In this document: piece after piece, positions 1 through 9,493 of the stretch | How positions within the stretch are numbered: the stretch's first letter is position 1 | Layout of the letters: every line of letters starts with the position of its first letter | DNA from: Rubripirellula sp. | GTDB lineage: Bacteria; Planctomycetota; Planctomycetia; Pirellulales; Pirellulaceae | NCBI GenBank assembly: GCA_965216875.1 | Contig: OZ244207.1 | Span: forward strand, 3,296,001 to 3,360,000 | DNA: 64,000 bases | Direction: 5' to 3' | The notes under the pieces: model-generated | Databases searched by the model: none | What the model was told of the DNA's origin: nothing | The model's input: the letters and a program-made list of their open reading frames with translations, nothing else | Made by a program: the position numbers and the translations under genes

Positions 1-715
1 AGACCTCCAACAGCAAATCGTCGCGACTGCGAAATCGACCAGCTGAGATCTTCGAATCGCTCGCCCGCAATTGATCGGAAACACTCTGCACGGTCAGACC
101 CAACGCAGCAAGCTTCGCCTGATCGACCTCAACAACAACCTCTTCCTCGGGGTCACCAAAGGTGTCGACCTCTTCAGTCCCCGAAATGGCCAACAGCTCG
201 TCGTCCAACTGTTCGGCCAACCGCCGCAATATGGCATAGTTGGGCGTTGGCTCGACATCCTCGTCAGTGCCGCTTGCCGGATTCCAAGTCAGCGCTGCGA
301 TCAACGCGTAAGCCTTGACGTCCAATTGCTCAAACACCGGCTCCAGTGCGCCGTCCGGCAATGCGGGACGGGCGTCATCGAGCTTGTCGCGAATCCGCGA
401 CCAAACCGTGTCGACTTCGTAGATATCGTCACGCAACTCGATGTTGACCGTCGAAACACCACTGCGCGACAGTGAGCGGACTTCTTTGATCTCGTCAATC
501 TCTTGAAGCTCCTGCTCCAACTTCTCTGTCACTAACGATTCGACGCGTTCGGCATCCGCGCCAGGAAACCGAGTCACCACCATCGCGGCACGCTCGGTAA
601 GCAGCGGATCTTCCATCCGCGGCAAGACGTAATACGAAGACAGGCCCCCGACCAGAATCAGAGCGACGGTCAAGACCATCAGCCGAGGATTGCGGTAGAA
701 CAAATCGGACGTCAT
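1..715 (-). CDS. RND efflux permease subunit (AcrB/AcrD/AcrF family), N-terminal part; truncated at window edge
   Basis: Not in the ORF track. Manual translation from ATG at 715 gives MTSDLFYRNPRLMVLTVALILVGGLSSYYVLPRMEDPLLTER, a typical RND TM1 plus 'LPxxEDP' start. ATGA overlap with the adaptor gene stop. Confidence 0.9.
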   Translation of the reverse strand, partial: MTSDLFYRNPRLMVLTVALILVGGLSSYYVLPRMEDPLLTERAAMVVTRFPGADAERVESLVTEKLEQELQEIDEIKEVRSLSRSGVSTVNIELRDDIYEVDTVWSRIRDKLDDARPALPDGALEPVFEQLDVKAYALIAALTWNPASGTDEDVEPTPNYAILRRLAEQLDDELLAISGTEEVDTFGDPEEEVVVEVDQAKLAALGLTVQSVSDQLRASDSKISAGRFRSRDDLLLEV

Positions 716-2148
716 TGCGACACCTCTTGGCTGTCATCGCTGGTAGCGAGCTCTTCGATTGGTTGGACCTGTTGACCTGGAACGATGCGCTGCGTCCCCG
801 TGGTGATGAACCGATCTCCATCAACGAGCATTCCGCGAACCAACGTTCGCGTGCCGTCGGTGTACAGCACTTCGACGTCGCGGCGGCGAACTCGCTGCGA
901 ATCATCACTCGAATCCGCTTCGACGACATACACCGCCCACAAACCTCGGAAGCTGCGAACCAGCGAAGTGGTTGGCACCCAGAACCCCTCGGCGGAATGT
1001 GTCTCTTCAACAACGACACGCACAACTTGGCCCGGAACTACGTGACCTGGGACAACTTGGCCCGGAACTACGTGACCCGGAACAACTTGGCCCGAGTCGC
1101 TCGCGTTGTTTAGGTCATTGTCGAACCGGAAAATCACGACTTGAGTACGCGTTTGCAGATCAACATCGGGAAGCAACCGGTCAACCTCCACACTCCAACT
1201 TGCGTTACCGACGATAGCGTTGAACTTCTCACCGGGGGCGAGGGTGCTGGCAACTTCGCTCGGTAGACCGATATGCGCTTCGAGCTCGGAAGTCTCGACG
1301 ATCTTCAAAATAGGCTGCGCGGGCGCGACTACGGTCCCTTCATCAATGAATCGTTTTGCGATCTGTCCGTCATAGGGCGCGACCAGCGTGCTGTCAGAAA
1401 TCTCAATGTCGAGGTCTGCCAATTGTGCATCCAACTGGGCGACCGCAGCCGCTTGGGCAGCAATCCGCTCGGTGCGTGTTCCCGCTTCCAGTTCGTCTAG
1501 TTCCTCCTTCGCCACCGTCAATCTGGCTTGACTCGACTTGAGCCCCAATTCGATCTCGTCGAACTTTGATTTCGACGTGGCGTTTTGATCAAAGAGTTCG
1601 GTGACTCGTTTGTAGTTTCGCTTTTGCAGTTCGACCTGCGCCTCAAGATCCTTGAGGCGTCCGCGCGCTGCCTTGATCGTCTGAAGTCGGGGACCGGCGC
1701 GAAACTCTTCGAGCACGGCAGCAGCCTGGTCCCGCTCCGCCGCGACTTTGCGTTTTTGCAGCTCCAATTGCCGGCGGTCGAGATGGGCCAGTCCCTGACC
1801 CTGGCGGACCCATTGTCCTTGGTCGACCAAGATTTCGGTTACCTCTGCGGATCGTTCAAAACCGAGCTCACTCGCTCGGCGTGCTGCGACGAGCCCCGTG
1901 TAGGAACGATCGGCGCGGTACGAAGAGATGGCCGACAGCGTCTGCACTCGAACGGGCATGAGATTGGCTTGCGTTTTGGCGGCCGATTCCTGCTCCGCCC
2001 CCGTCAGCCTGGAGCCCAGGGCAACGAGCGAGCCCACCACCACAAAGAGCGACAACACCGCCAAGGATCGACGCAGAGTCACATTTTGACCAAGCGTCAA
2101 TTTGCGTCTAAAAAAAGGCTCACGAAGCGAGCGCTCGCTGGCATTCAT
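712..2148 (-). CDS. RND efflux periplasmic adaptor (membrane fusion protein)
   Basis: N-terminal TM helix, lipoyl-like half motifs (ILVDQGQWVRQGQGLA; LVAPYDGQI..FIDEGTVV), long coiled coil. Start placed at MNASER (2148) rather than the ORF-track 2457, which overlaps TetR. Confidence 0.88.
   Translation of the reverse strand: MNASERSLREPFFRRKLTLGQNVTLRRSLAVLSLFVVVGSLVALGSRLTGAEQESAAKTQANLMPVRVQTLSAISSYRADRSYTGLVAARRASELGFERSAEVTEILVDQGQWVRQGQGLAHLDRRQLELQKRKVAAERDQAAAVLEEFRAGPRLQTIKAARGRLKDLEAQVELQKRNYKRVTELFDQNATSKSKFDEIELGLKSSQARLTVAKEELDELEAGTRTERIAAQAAAVAQLDAQLADLDIEISDSTLVAPYDGQIAKRFIDEGTVVAPAQPILKIVETSELEAHIGLPSEVASTLAPGEKFNAIVGNASWSVEVDRLLPDVDLQTRTQVVIFRFDNDLNNASDSGQVVPGHVVPGQVVPGHVVPGQVVRVVVEETHSAEGFWVPTTSLVRSFRGLWAVYVVEADSSDDSQRVRRRDVEVLYTDGTRTLVRGMLVDGDRFITTGTQRIVPGQQVQPIEELATSDDSQEVSQ
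1022..1094. repeat. In-frame 30-bp tandem repeat (about 2.4 copies, 15-bp subunit) encoding GQVVPGHVVP
   Basis: acaacttggcccggaactacgtgacc recurs at 1022 and 1052, with a partial third copy at 1082. Confidence 0.9.
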
Positions 2149-2851
2149 CTGGAAAGACTTCCTGTTGGAGTTTTTCAAACAACTCTTGATAGTCATATTC
2201 GGTCGACAAGGGCTGCCATTCATAGCCGTCGAGCACCATGTTGATCGCTTGCCGCACGGCATGATACGGATCAGCCACCCCGAGCTCTTCCATCGACTCG
2301 CTTGTAGCAATGATCGAGTAGGCCCCGAAGGTCTGTGACCACAGCCCGAAGACAAGCTCCTCAGGACACGTCCCCTCGGGCAGAGCCAGGTGGCCCTGTG
2401 CAATGCCGTCCCGGACGATCCCCGAGACGATTCCCATGCACCGCGTTTCGCAACCACGCATCGTTTGGCGTCGTTTTTCCGAAGTTTTTTCCCAAATCGA
2501 GAACGAGCGAATCAGCTGCTCGACATGGAAATGGGTCGGAAAAATCCTGACGAAAAGCTCGGCAGCCACGCCGATCGCGGCCAGTCGCTCCCGCGGCAGT
2601 CCACGGTAGGCGGCCGCTCGCTGAAACATGTCCGTCCGTTGGTTCATCGTCTGGATAGCCAGCGCGATGATGATTTCCTCTTTGCAGGGGAAATGGTTGT
2701 AGATCGTGCCCTTGGAGTATTCCAACTCGCTGGCGATCGCATCCATGTTCAAGCCGTGGTAGCCACCGCGCAGCAATTGTTCGCGGGCCAGATCGAGTAT
2801 CCGACCTTCCCGTTCCCTAATTTCGCGTTGTTTTCGGCTCAAAGTGTTCAT
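2120..2851 (-). CDS. TetR/AcrR family transcriptional regulator
   Basis: N-terminal HTH GYHGLNMDAIASELEYSKGTIYNHFPCKEEI; first gene of the efflux operon. Confidence 0.93.
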   Translation of the reverse strand: MNTLSRKQREIREREGRILDLAREQLLRGGYHGLNMDAIASELEYSKGTIYNHFPCKEEIIIALAIQTMNQRTDMFQRAAAYRGLPRERLAAIGVAAELFVRIFPTHFHVEQLIRSFSIWEKTSEKRRQTMRGCETRCMGIVSGIVRDGIAQGHLALPEGTCPEELVFGLWSQTFGAYSIIATSESMEELGVADPYHAVRQAINMVLDGYEWQPLSTEYDYQELFEKLQQEVFPDECQRALAS

Positions 2852-2860
2852 GACTTCCCC

Positions 2861-2888
2861 ATTATTGACGTTTCGTCAAAAAAGTCAA
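2861..2888 (-). promoter_or_regulatory. sigma70-like promoter (TTGACT-N16-AATAAT) overlapped by palindromic TetR operator TTGACG-TTT-CGTCAA (2865-2879)
   Basis: Perfect inverted repeat covering the -35/-10 spacer; the -10 ends 9 nt upstream of the tetR ATG. Confidence 0.6.
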
Positions 2889-2934
2889 GCCGCATGAGCT
2901 AAAACCAGGCAGCGGCCTGCGGTGATTTTTTCAG

Positions 2935-3118
2935 TGTCGCCTTTCGCTCCGCGAAAGTAGCGTACGCAAACGCAACTTTGCTCACAAAAAACCACTGCCA
3001 ATCTCGCGAGCCGTTTGTAGTCCCGCCTTCAGGCGCAATCCCCGTGAGCCGAACGCGCTAGCGTCGGGCCTTGCAGTTTCCGTCTCGCAGCGCCCAACGC
3101 TAGCGCGTGCGGCTCACG
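2935..3118. repeat. Composite REP cluster: family A (TGTCGCCTTTCGCTCCGCGAAAG) plus inverted pair of family B (GAGCCGnnCGCGCTAGCGTCGGGCC)
   Basis: Family A recurs at 5528 and 25694; the family B pair recurs at 5423-5500. Confidence 0.8.
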
Positions 3119-3136
3119 CTACAAAGAACCACCCGC

Positions 3137-3946
3137 CTAGTCCAACACCTGTGGCGGAAAGGTGATGTAGGGCTCACGTTGATAGTCGGGCCGCGAAAGG
3201 ATGCTTCCCCTCAAACTCTCCGAACGCTCCACCTCCCAGACAGGCATACGATTGAGCGACGCCATCAACTTATAGAAGGTGAATCGTGACCATGCGTATC
3301 GCCAAACCGGTACACCTGCGTCATCAACCTGCCGATCAATGATCAAAACGGCTTCAGGGTCTGTGCCCACTGCAAACGCGAACAAAGCGCCTGCGGAGTC
3401 TGCCGAGTCATACCGGTAGAGCGGATTTGGCATGAGGCGACATTGCTCGACGTCGCCATCTCGATCGGTGACCTCCACCGCGAACTGTCGCGCCAAACCG
3501 CGCAGTTGAGTATGGCGTTGACGCTCGGTGGTCCCCGGCGACGGCGCATCATCGAAGTCCATGTAGCGAAGCGTGTTCGGCGGCGGCGACCACATCTTTG
3601 TACCGCCACAACTGCCAACGATCGGCAAGGCGGACAAGACCCGGAACGCATTCTTTCGGCGCACTTCGGTTTTATACACGAACGTGAAGCACGTCCCTAA
3701 CACCGCGGGTTGTCCCTTGTGCGTCCACAGAAAAACTGCGCCATCCTCGTCGCTGCGAGCAGGGTTCTTCCAATTAAGCAGTGGCTTCTCGACGCGTTTG
3801 AACACATCGTCTGATCCGGCAACCTCAAAGCGATAGCGGTCAGCTTGAGCGAGAAAGCGATCGCTTTGATCCGCTTCTTGGGCTGGTCCGCTTCTCGGAC
3901 AAAGCACAAACACAATGCCTAGCAACAGCACACGATTCGAAATCAC
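3137..3946 (-). CDS. Exported hypothetical protein (planctomycete-type)
   Basis: Start moved to GTG 3946, which follows a purine-rich AAGGGGAG RBS; signal-peptide-like N-terminus; globular composition. Confidence 0.75.
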   Translation of the reverse strand: MISNRVLLLGIVFVLCPRSGPAQEADQSDRFLAQADRYRFEVAGSDDVFKRVEKPLLNWKNPARSDEDGAVFLWTHKGQPAVLGTCFTFVYKTEVRRKNAFRVLSALPIVGSCGGTKMWSPPPNTLRYMDFDDAPSPGTTERQRHTQLRGLARQFAVEVTDRDGDVEQCRLMPNPLYRYDSADSAGALFAFAVGTDPEAVLIIDRQVDDAGVPVWRYAWSRFTFYKLMASLNRMPVWEVERSESLRGSILSRPDYQREPYITFPPQVLD

Positions 3947-4098
3947 TGCACTCCCCTTCGGACTTGACCAGGTCACCACCGAACCACGGCGACCCCCTCA
4001 ACATAGACATCCTGTCTACAGGCGTCAAACTCGCGACTCACTTTGGGTTATCAGTCCACTCAACGCGGCCTTCTGCTGTGACTGACCAATGAAGGGGC

Positions 4099-5439
4099 TT
4101 GCGAGAAACCTGGTCAAAGCTACCTTCTCGCACGTCACCCGATTCTGATCATGTTGCGTTTGTACCGTTGCCCAAACACCTCGCTGAACGACTTCCGTTT
4201 TTCTATGGCTACGTCATGGTGTTGCTGGCGATGGTCATGCAGCTTGGAACAAGCCCCGGCCAAACCTTTGCCGTTAGCGCTTTCACGCCCTCACTGCTCG
4301 AGTCGCTCGAGTTGAGTCAAAGCCAACTTGGTTTGGCGTACATGCTTGGAACGTTGCTCGCCGCGATCCCTCTGAGTATGGTTGGCCCCGCTTCGGACCG
4401 TTTCGGACTGCGCTTCGTTTCTTGCATCGTGATCGTGGGGCTGTCGACAGCATGCTTTTGCGCCGCCGGGGCGTCCGGCTATTGGACGCTGCTGTTTTCA
4501 TTTTTTCTCTTGCGATTCCTTGGCCAGGGCGCGCTCACGTTGCTTGCCGGCAATACAACGGCCATGTGGTTCCGATCTCGCATTGGACGGGTTTCGGCGA
4601 TCCTGTCGATCGGTTCCGCTGTCGCATTCGCGTACATTCCCCATTGGATCACCGAGAGCATTTCGGCGTACGGCTGGCGTGGCACCTATCAAATCATCTC
4701 CGCCATCCTGCTCGTCGGACTCTTGCCGCTTGTCTGCTTGCTGTACCGAAACCGCCCTGAAGATCTCGGACAACACGTGGACGGTTTGGCTGTTCAGCCG
4801 TCGTCCGAACGTTCGCATACAAATGGCACACCAAAGAGCTTCGGTGGCGACTCATTGACGCTTCGCCAAGCCATGCGAACGGCAAGCTACTCCATCTTGG
4901 CTGGCTCCAACATTGTGTGGGCAATGTCGGGAACAGGCATTCTGTTTTATCTGTTCACTTTGTGTGACGAACGTTCGCTCGGTGCCGCGGCAACGTCGGG
5001 ACTGTTTCGTTACCTCGGCTTCAGCATGCTTGCGGCGCAATTGGCTGGCGGTGTTCTGGCCGACTATCTACGACTGAATCGTCTATTCGGTTTAGGAACG
5101 TCGTTGGTCGCCGCATCTTTGGTGGTGCTGGCGACCGACCATACCGAACGGGGAGCGGAGTGCTTTGCCGTCTTATTTGGCGCCGGACAGGGAATGCTGA
5201 TTTCGATTTCGGGGATTGCCATGCTGCGGTTCTACGGAAGAGACCACTTGGGGAGTGTCCGTGGCGCAGTGTGGTGCGGGACGGTTGCCGGCAGCGGTTG
5301 TGGCCCACTGCTGATGGGATGGATTCACGACACTTCAGGATCCTATGATCCAGCAATTGGTCTGTTTGCGGCCCTCATGCTACCGCTAGCGATCGCATCC
5401 TGGTTCATACGCCCACCCATCCTGAGCCGTCCGCGCTAG
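4099..5439 (+). CDS. MFS transporter
   Basis: About 12 hydrophobic helices and motif A-like GPASDRFGLR; start uncertain. Confidence 0.9.
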   Translation: MRETWSKLPSRTSPDSDHVAFVPLPKHLAERLPFFYGYVMVLLAMVMQLGTSPGQTFAVSAFTPSLLESLELSQSQLGLAYMLGTLLAAIPLSMVGPASDRFGLRFVSCIVIVGLSTACFCAAGASGYWTLLFSFFLLRFLGQGALTLLAGNTTAMWFRSRIGRVSAILSIGSAVAFAYIPHWITESISAYGWRGTYQIISAILLVGLLPLVCLLYRNRPEDLGQHVDGLAVQPSSERSHTNGTPKSFGGDSLTLRQAMRTASYSILAGSNIVWAMSGTGILFYLFTLCDERSLGAAATSGLFRYLGFSMLAAQLAGGVLADYLRLNRLFGLGTSLVAASLVVLATDHTERGAECFAVLFGAGQGMLISISGIAMLRFYGRDHLGSVRGAVWCGTVAGSGCGPLLMGWIHDTSGSYDPAIGLFAALMLPLAIASWFIRPPILSRPR

Positions 5440-5573
5440 CGTCGGGCCTTGCACTCTTTTGCCAATCTCTCTGGGCCCGACGCAAGCGCGTTCGGCTCAC
5501 AAACAATCAGAGCCACGCTCAATCGAATGTCGCCTTTCGCTCCGCGAAAGTAGCGTCCGCAAACGCGACGTTT
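5423..5573. repeat. Composite REP cluster (family B inverted pair 5423-5500 plus family A 5528-5573)
   Basis: Near-identical to elements at 2935-3118; overlaps the MFS stop codon. Confidence 0.8.
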
Positions 5574-5723
5574 GCATGGTCACCGGATGTCATCCCGCCA
5601 CTCGGCACAAGCGTCTGAAGATTCCGGCTAAAGCTCGGTACGACGAACGAGCGGCTCGTAGATAGCGAGAGCCGAATTGGCATAAGTCGTCAACAATGAC
5701 GACTCGGCAAGAAGAGAAAAGAG

Positions 5724-5797
5724 TGGGCGATACAGAATTCGAATCTGTGACCTCTGCGGTGTGAACACAGCGCTCTAACCAACTGAGCTAATCGCCC
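5724..5797 (-). tRNA. tRNA-Val(CAC)
   Basis: Reverse complement GGGCGATTAGCTCAGTTGGTTAGAGCGCTGTGTT-CAC-ACCGCAGAGGTCACAGATTCGAATTCTGTATCGCCCA folds as a cloverleaf; CCA not encoded. Confidence 0.95.
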
Positions 5798-5914
5798 TTC
5801 GAATGTTCGTTCGAATTATAGGTGTTCGCTTGGTTTGCGAATAGTGAACCATGCGGACGCATGTTCTTCCGGTGAACGATGCGTTGCTGGTTCGTTGGGT
5901 TGCGCCCGCGGTGA

Positions 5915-6181
5915 TCAGCTGGGCGGCGTGAACTTTGGAACGGATGGTTCTTCCGGTTCCTCATCTTCGTCTGCGGTCGACTTGACCGGATCGTCCATCG
6001 TCAGCGCCTTATTGGCTTCGTATTCCGCCATTCGGAACTGCTGCTGGACGTCGTTGAGGCCGCGGCGAAACTCTCGGTAACTTCCACCAAGCTTTCGCGC
6101 GACTTCGGGCAAGTTGCCGCCGAAGAGGACAACGGCGATCACTCCGATCACCATCATCTCAAACGGTCCCATTCCGAACAT
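5915..6181 (-). CDS. Twin-arginine translocase TatA/TatB family subunit
   Basis: MFGMGPFEMMVIGVIAVVLFGGNLPEVARKLG: TM helix, FG hinge, amphipathic helix, acidic tail. Confidence 0.9.
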   Translation of the reverse strand: MFGMGPFEMMVIGVIAVVLFGGNLPEVARKLGGSYREFRRGLNDVQQQFRMAEYEANKALTMDDPVKSTADEDEEPEEPSVPKFTPPS

Positions 6182-6183
6182 AT

Positions 6184-6399
6184 TTAGGCGTTCTTGTCCG
6201 AGCCGTCGCTGTCTTCTTCGTCGAGCGATTCGCTCATGCCCGCCTTGAATTCGTTGGCACTTCGCCCGAGGTTTCGCATCAGGCTAGGAAGTTTCGCACC
6301 GCCGAAAAGAAGCAACGCCAAAAAGAGAACAATCAGCATCTCGGGCATGCCCGGAAAGCCGATCGCTGGGACAAATGAATTCATAAACAGTGTCATCAT
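6184..6399 (-). CDS. tatA: Twin-arginine translocase TatA/TatE family subunit
   Basis: GMPEMLIVLFLALLLFGGAKLPSLMRNLGRSANEFKAG; GGAG RBS. Confidence 0.92.
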   Translation of the reverse strand: MMTLFMNSFVPAIGFPGMPEMLIVLFLALLLFGGAKLPSLMRNLGRSANEFKAGMSESLDEEDSDGSDKNA

Positions 6400-6559
6400 G
6401 TTCGCTCCGCTGGGTAAGGCTCTAACAATTGAGAACCCTCACGCACGCTCGGCGAAAGCGGGTAGGTCGATCGGGCACCCATCTGGTGCAACCGAACACC
6501 TCCAGGACCGAAGTGTTGGGGGGGTTTTGCAGTGGCGTCGCTTTGTCCGCCACGCCCAC

Positions 6560-6587
6560 ATTTTATTGACTTTCACGAGTTAGTCAA
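6560..6587 (-). promoter_or_regulatory. Putative sigma70 promoter of the tat genes (TTGACT-N16-TAAAAT) containing palindrome TTGACT-N10-AGTCAA
   Basis: Sequence attttattgactttcacgagttagtcaa read on the minus strand. Confidence 0.5.
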
Positions 6588-6937
6588 AGGCTCCGAAGGT
6601 GCACGAGTGAACATGCTGGGGCGGCGGCGGAATATCCGTCACAACCGGAATCGACCAAGTGATTTCTCAGCAACCGCCAAAACCGTCGTGTGAGCCAGCA
6701 CGTGGAATCGTCGCCTTTTCCGCTTGCGCGGCGGGAGCCTCAAACAGGCGAGGCGATGGCGCTCGGTACGTGAAAACCTTTCAAAGCTGCCCTCGATTCA
6801 CGGCGGCGGCTACCTAGATGGAGCTAGTTCTTGTCGTGAAACCCAATTGGCTCAGAAATGCGCGCGTTTTTTGGCGGGATTCGCGTTTCGAACTGCCTCT
6901 ACCTTTCGGGCACACGAACGACATCAATGAGTGTTCA

Positions 6938-7174
6938 ATGCATCACGCCAGTTCACAGCAGCACTCCGACATGAAGCCACAACGAGCAGCTTTGGAAATG
7001 CGCGTCACGCAATCGCTTCGACGCCTTGGATATGATCAAGTCCACGTTGCCCATCTTGGCAACGGACATACGCGATTGACCGGTTCGGTCCCAACCGTGA
7101 TCGACCGAACGATCGTGATGGCGGTCGCCAGATCGACCGCTGGCGTGGTCACGGTCAGCTGCGAAGTCGACTAG
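6938..7174 (+). CDS. BON domain-containing protein
   Basis: RVTQSLRRLGYDQVHV..GHTRLTGSVPT..AVARSTAGVVTV matches the BON pattern; start 6938 or 6971. Confidence 0.7.
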   Translation: MHHASSQQHSDMKPQRAALEMRVTQSLRRLGYDQVHVAHLGNGHTRLTGSVPTVIDRTIVMAVARSTAGVVTVSCEVD

Positions 7175-7189
7175 CAGCCACCCGCTACT

Positions 7190-7762
7190 TCACGACCTGG
7201 ATGTTTCGTGATTGCGAAATTGCCGGGTCTCTTTCAAGTGCGCGCGCAGCTGATTCCTGCAGCCCGTCACAAACTCGGAGACTTTTTCTGCGCGGTAGCT
7301 GGGATAGGTCCAGCGGTGTGATTGCCACTTGCGTCCGACGTAACAAAGCGTGACCTCGGCGAACATTCCATCGCGCAAGTAGATCCGATGATCACGATCT
7401 TTGGTCGTCGCCAAAACCAGCTTCGCCTGAGTCGCGTAGCCGGCATCCAGATTGAGCGGGCGATCTTCTTCGTGCGAGAAGTTTGCCGCGTACTCGGTTT
7501 CCCAGCGGTTGGATTCGTGCTTCCAGTCGGCGAGCTCGGCCGGATCACAGACGCCCGCCGTTGCAACGAGCACTTTGGTGAGGTCGGAGCCCATCGACGC
7601 GGTGTAGTACCCACCCGCTTCGAACGGGATTTCGGGTGAGACGATCGACGTCCCGCCCCATCGATCACCAATCCGGTCGATGGCCCACTGGCGGGCTGCG
7701 GCGTGCCTTGTGATCACGGCACACAGTCGGATGACCGGTTCGACTCGTTTGGTGGAGGCCAC
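7190..7762 (-). CDS. DUF4416 family protein
   Basis: YYTASMG..RPLNLDAGY..KLVLATTKDRDHRIYL..AEVTL..WTYPSY motifs; start set at GTG 7762. Confidence 0.8.
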   Translation of the reverse strand: MASTKRVEPVIRLCAVITRHAAARQWAIDRIGDRWGGTSIVSPEIPFEAGGYYTASMGSDLTKVLVATAGVCDPAELADWKHESNRWETEYAANFSHEEDRPLNLDAGYATQAKLVLATTKDRDHRIYLRDGMFAEVTLCYVGRKWQSHRWTYPSYRAEKVSEFVTGCRNQLRAHLKETRQFRNHETSRS

Positions 7763-7959
7763 GTGTGGGCTCTGATCGCGCTGGTGTGATGCTTGGACGG
7801 AAGACCAGTAGCATTGTAGCCTCACACCCTCTGACAACGGTAGCGACGGGAGTTACCGCTCTTGGCTCACGGTTTTGGGCTGGGTCTGCAAAACCGCGAC
7901 GGCTGCTAAACTGCACCCTCCAAACTGACCCCACTGCCCCGTCTGCTGAACCGACCGCC

Positions 7960-9063
7960 ATGCATCCCTGGATCGCCTCTCGCACTGAAACCTTCGACAG
8001 TAGCGGTATTCGCAAGATCTTTGACCTCGCTGCGAAACTCAAGGACCCGATCAACCTGTCGATTGGGCAGCCCGACTTTGATGTGCCGCCCGAAGTGAAG
8101 GACGCAGCGATCGAGGCAATCCGCGAAGGCAAGAACGCCTACTCGCCCACTCAAGGGATCGGGCCACTACGTGAAGCCTTACAGGCAGACATCAACGATC
8201 AATACGGCCACGACGATCGCCAAGTCTTCGTCTGCAGCGGAACCAGTGGTGGGCTCGTCTTGGCGATGATGTCGATGATCGAGCCGGGCGATGAAGTGAT
8301 CTATCTCGATCCCTATTTCGTGATGTACCCGGCGCTGCTGAAACTATTCGGCGGCGTCGCCGTCCCCATCGATTCGTATCCCGACTTTCGACTCGATCCC
8401 GACAAGATCGCTGCAGCGATCACCCCCAAGACCAAAATGATCTTGCTCAATAGCCCCGCCAACCCAACGGGCGTCACGGCCAGTGCAGCCGACCTGAAGG
8501 CAGTGGCGGAACTTGCCGAGCAACACAACATTGCTCTGGTATCCGATGAGATCTACAGCCGTTTCTTCTACGATGGCGACTTCGTTTCACCGGCTTCCTT
8601 CAACAAGAACACGATTGTGATCGACGGCTTTAGCAAGTCGCACGCAATGACAGGTTGGCGCGTCGGCTACGTTCACGGCCCATCCGAAATCATCCAAACG
8701 ATGCTGAAGCTTCAACAGTATTCGTTTGTTTGCGCGCCGCAACCGGCGCAGTGGGGCGCTCTTTCGGCAATGAACGTCTCTCTCGATGGACACATCGACG
8801 ACTACCGACGCAAACGCGATTTGATTTGCGACGGGCTCGAAGGTGTCTACGACTTCGAGAAACCGGGCGGTGCGTTCTACTTGTTTCCCAAAGCTCCGAT
8901 TGAAAGTGGCGAACGCTTTGTGGAGAAAGCGATCGAACAAGGCCTGCTGATCATTCCCGGCAATATCTTCAGCCAACACGACTCTCATTTTCGCATTAGC
9001 TTTGCCGCGTCCGACGAAACGCTCGAGCGCGGCATTGAGCTGCTGCGAGACTTGGCGAAATAG
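7960..9063 (+). CDS. PLP-dependent aminotransferase class I/II
   Basis: INLSIGQPDF, NSPANPTG, SDEIY, GFSKSHAMTGWRVG (PLP lysine). Confidence 0.95.
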   Translation: MHPWIASRTETFDSSGIRKIFDLAAKLKDPINLSIGQPDFDVPPEVKDAAIEAIREGKNAYSPTQGIGPLREALQADINDQYGHDDRQVFVCSGTSGGLVLAMMSMIEPGDEVIYLDPYFVMYPALLKLFGGVAVPIDSYPDFRLDPDKIAAAITPKTKMILLNSPANPTGVTASAADLKAVAELAEQHNIALVSDEIYSRFFYDGDFVSPASFNKNTIVIDGFSKSHAMTGWRVGYVHGPSEIIQTMLKLQQYSFVCAPQPAQWGALSAMNVSLDGHIDDYRRKRDLICDGLEGVYDFEKPGGAFYLFPKAPIESGERFVEKAIEQGLLIIPGNIFSQHDSHFRISFAASDETLERGIELLRDLAK

Positions 9064-9238
9064 AACAGAGCCTCGCTGGTCCTTGCTCGCCAGGATTCTG
9101 GCGTTCGGAACTGAGCCGATGAAGATTCCGACTGAAGCCGGTACGACGAACTGGGATGCACGAAGCCCGGCCGTTTGTTTGCAACCGGCCGCGATGCGAA
9201 TGATTCGTCTGAACCGGTGTGCACCGTTTGCAGCCAAC

Positions 9239-9277
9239 AAAAAAAGCGAGCGGCCCCAAAGAGATGGGATCGCTCGC
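9239..9277 (-). terminator. Intrinsic terminator downstream of the 61-aa ORF
   Basis: Minus strand GCGAGCGATCCC-loop-GGGGCCGCTCGC-TTTTTTT. Confidence 0.75.
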
Positions 9278-9307
9278 AATAGGTTAGGCAGTGAAATTGG
9301 CTTGTTT

Positions 9308-9493
9308 TTATTCGCCGTCGTGCGATGTATCGCTACGCAACAAGTATTTCATCGAATCGTGCCGGGCATCGAGGCAAATCTCTTGAGCAATTGACTCAAG
9401 GGTTGGCGTTTGACTTGGCACGTGCGTTGTTTGCCGCTTGGTGGGTGCCGCTTCTTTCGGCATGAGGGTCGGCAGAGTAGTAATCGATTTCAT
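9308..9493 (-). CDS. Small hypothetical protein (61 aa)
   Basis: GAAGGT RBS-like sequence upstream, own terminator 30 nt downstream, no competing gene. Confidence 0.6.
   Translation of the reverse strand: MKSITTLPTLMPKEAAPTKRQTTHVPSQTPTLESIAQEICLDARHDSMKYLLRSDTSHDGE

Noticed and set aside
2149..2457. N-terminal extensions in the ORF track (also 7765, 33729, 36365, 54323 and others)
   Set aside because: They overlap neighbouring genes or lack coding character; downstream starts with an RBS or signal peptide fit better.
5660..5797. tRNA-Val 3' end plus downstream hairpin as a genomic-island attachment site
   Set aside because: No integrase and no duplicated tRNA 3' fragment seen in the window; the hairpin is adequately explained as a terminator or processing stem.
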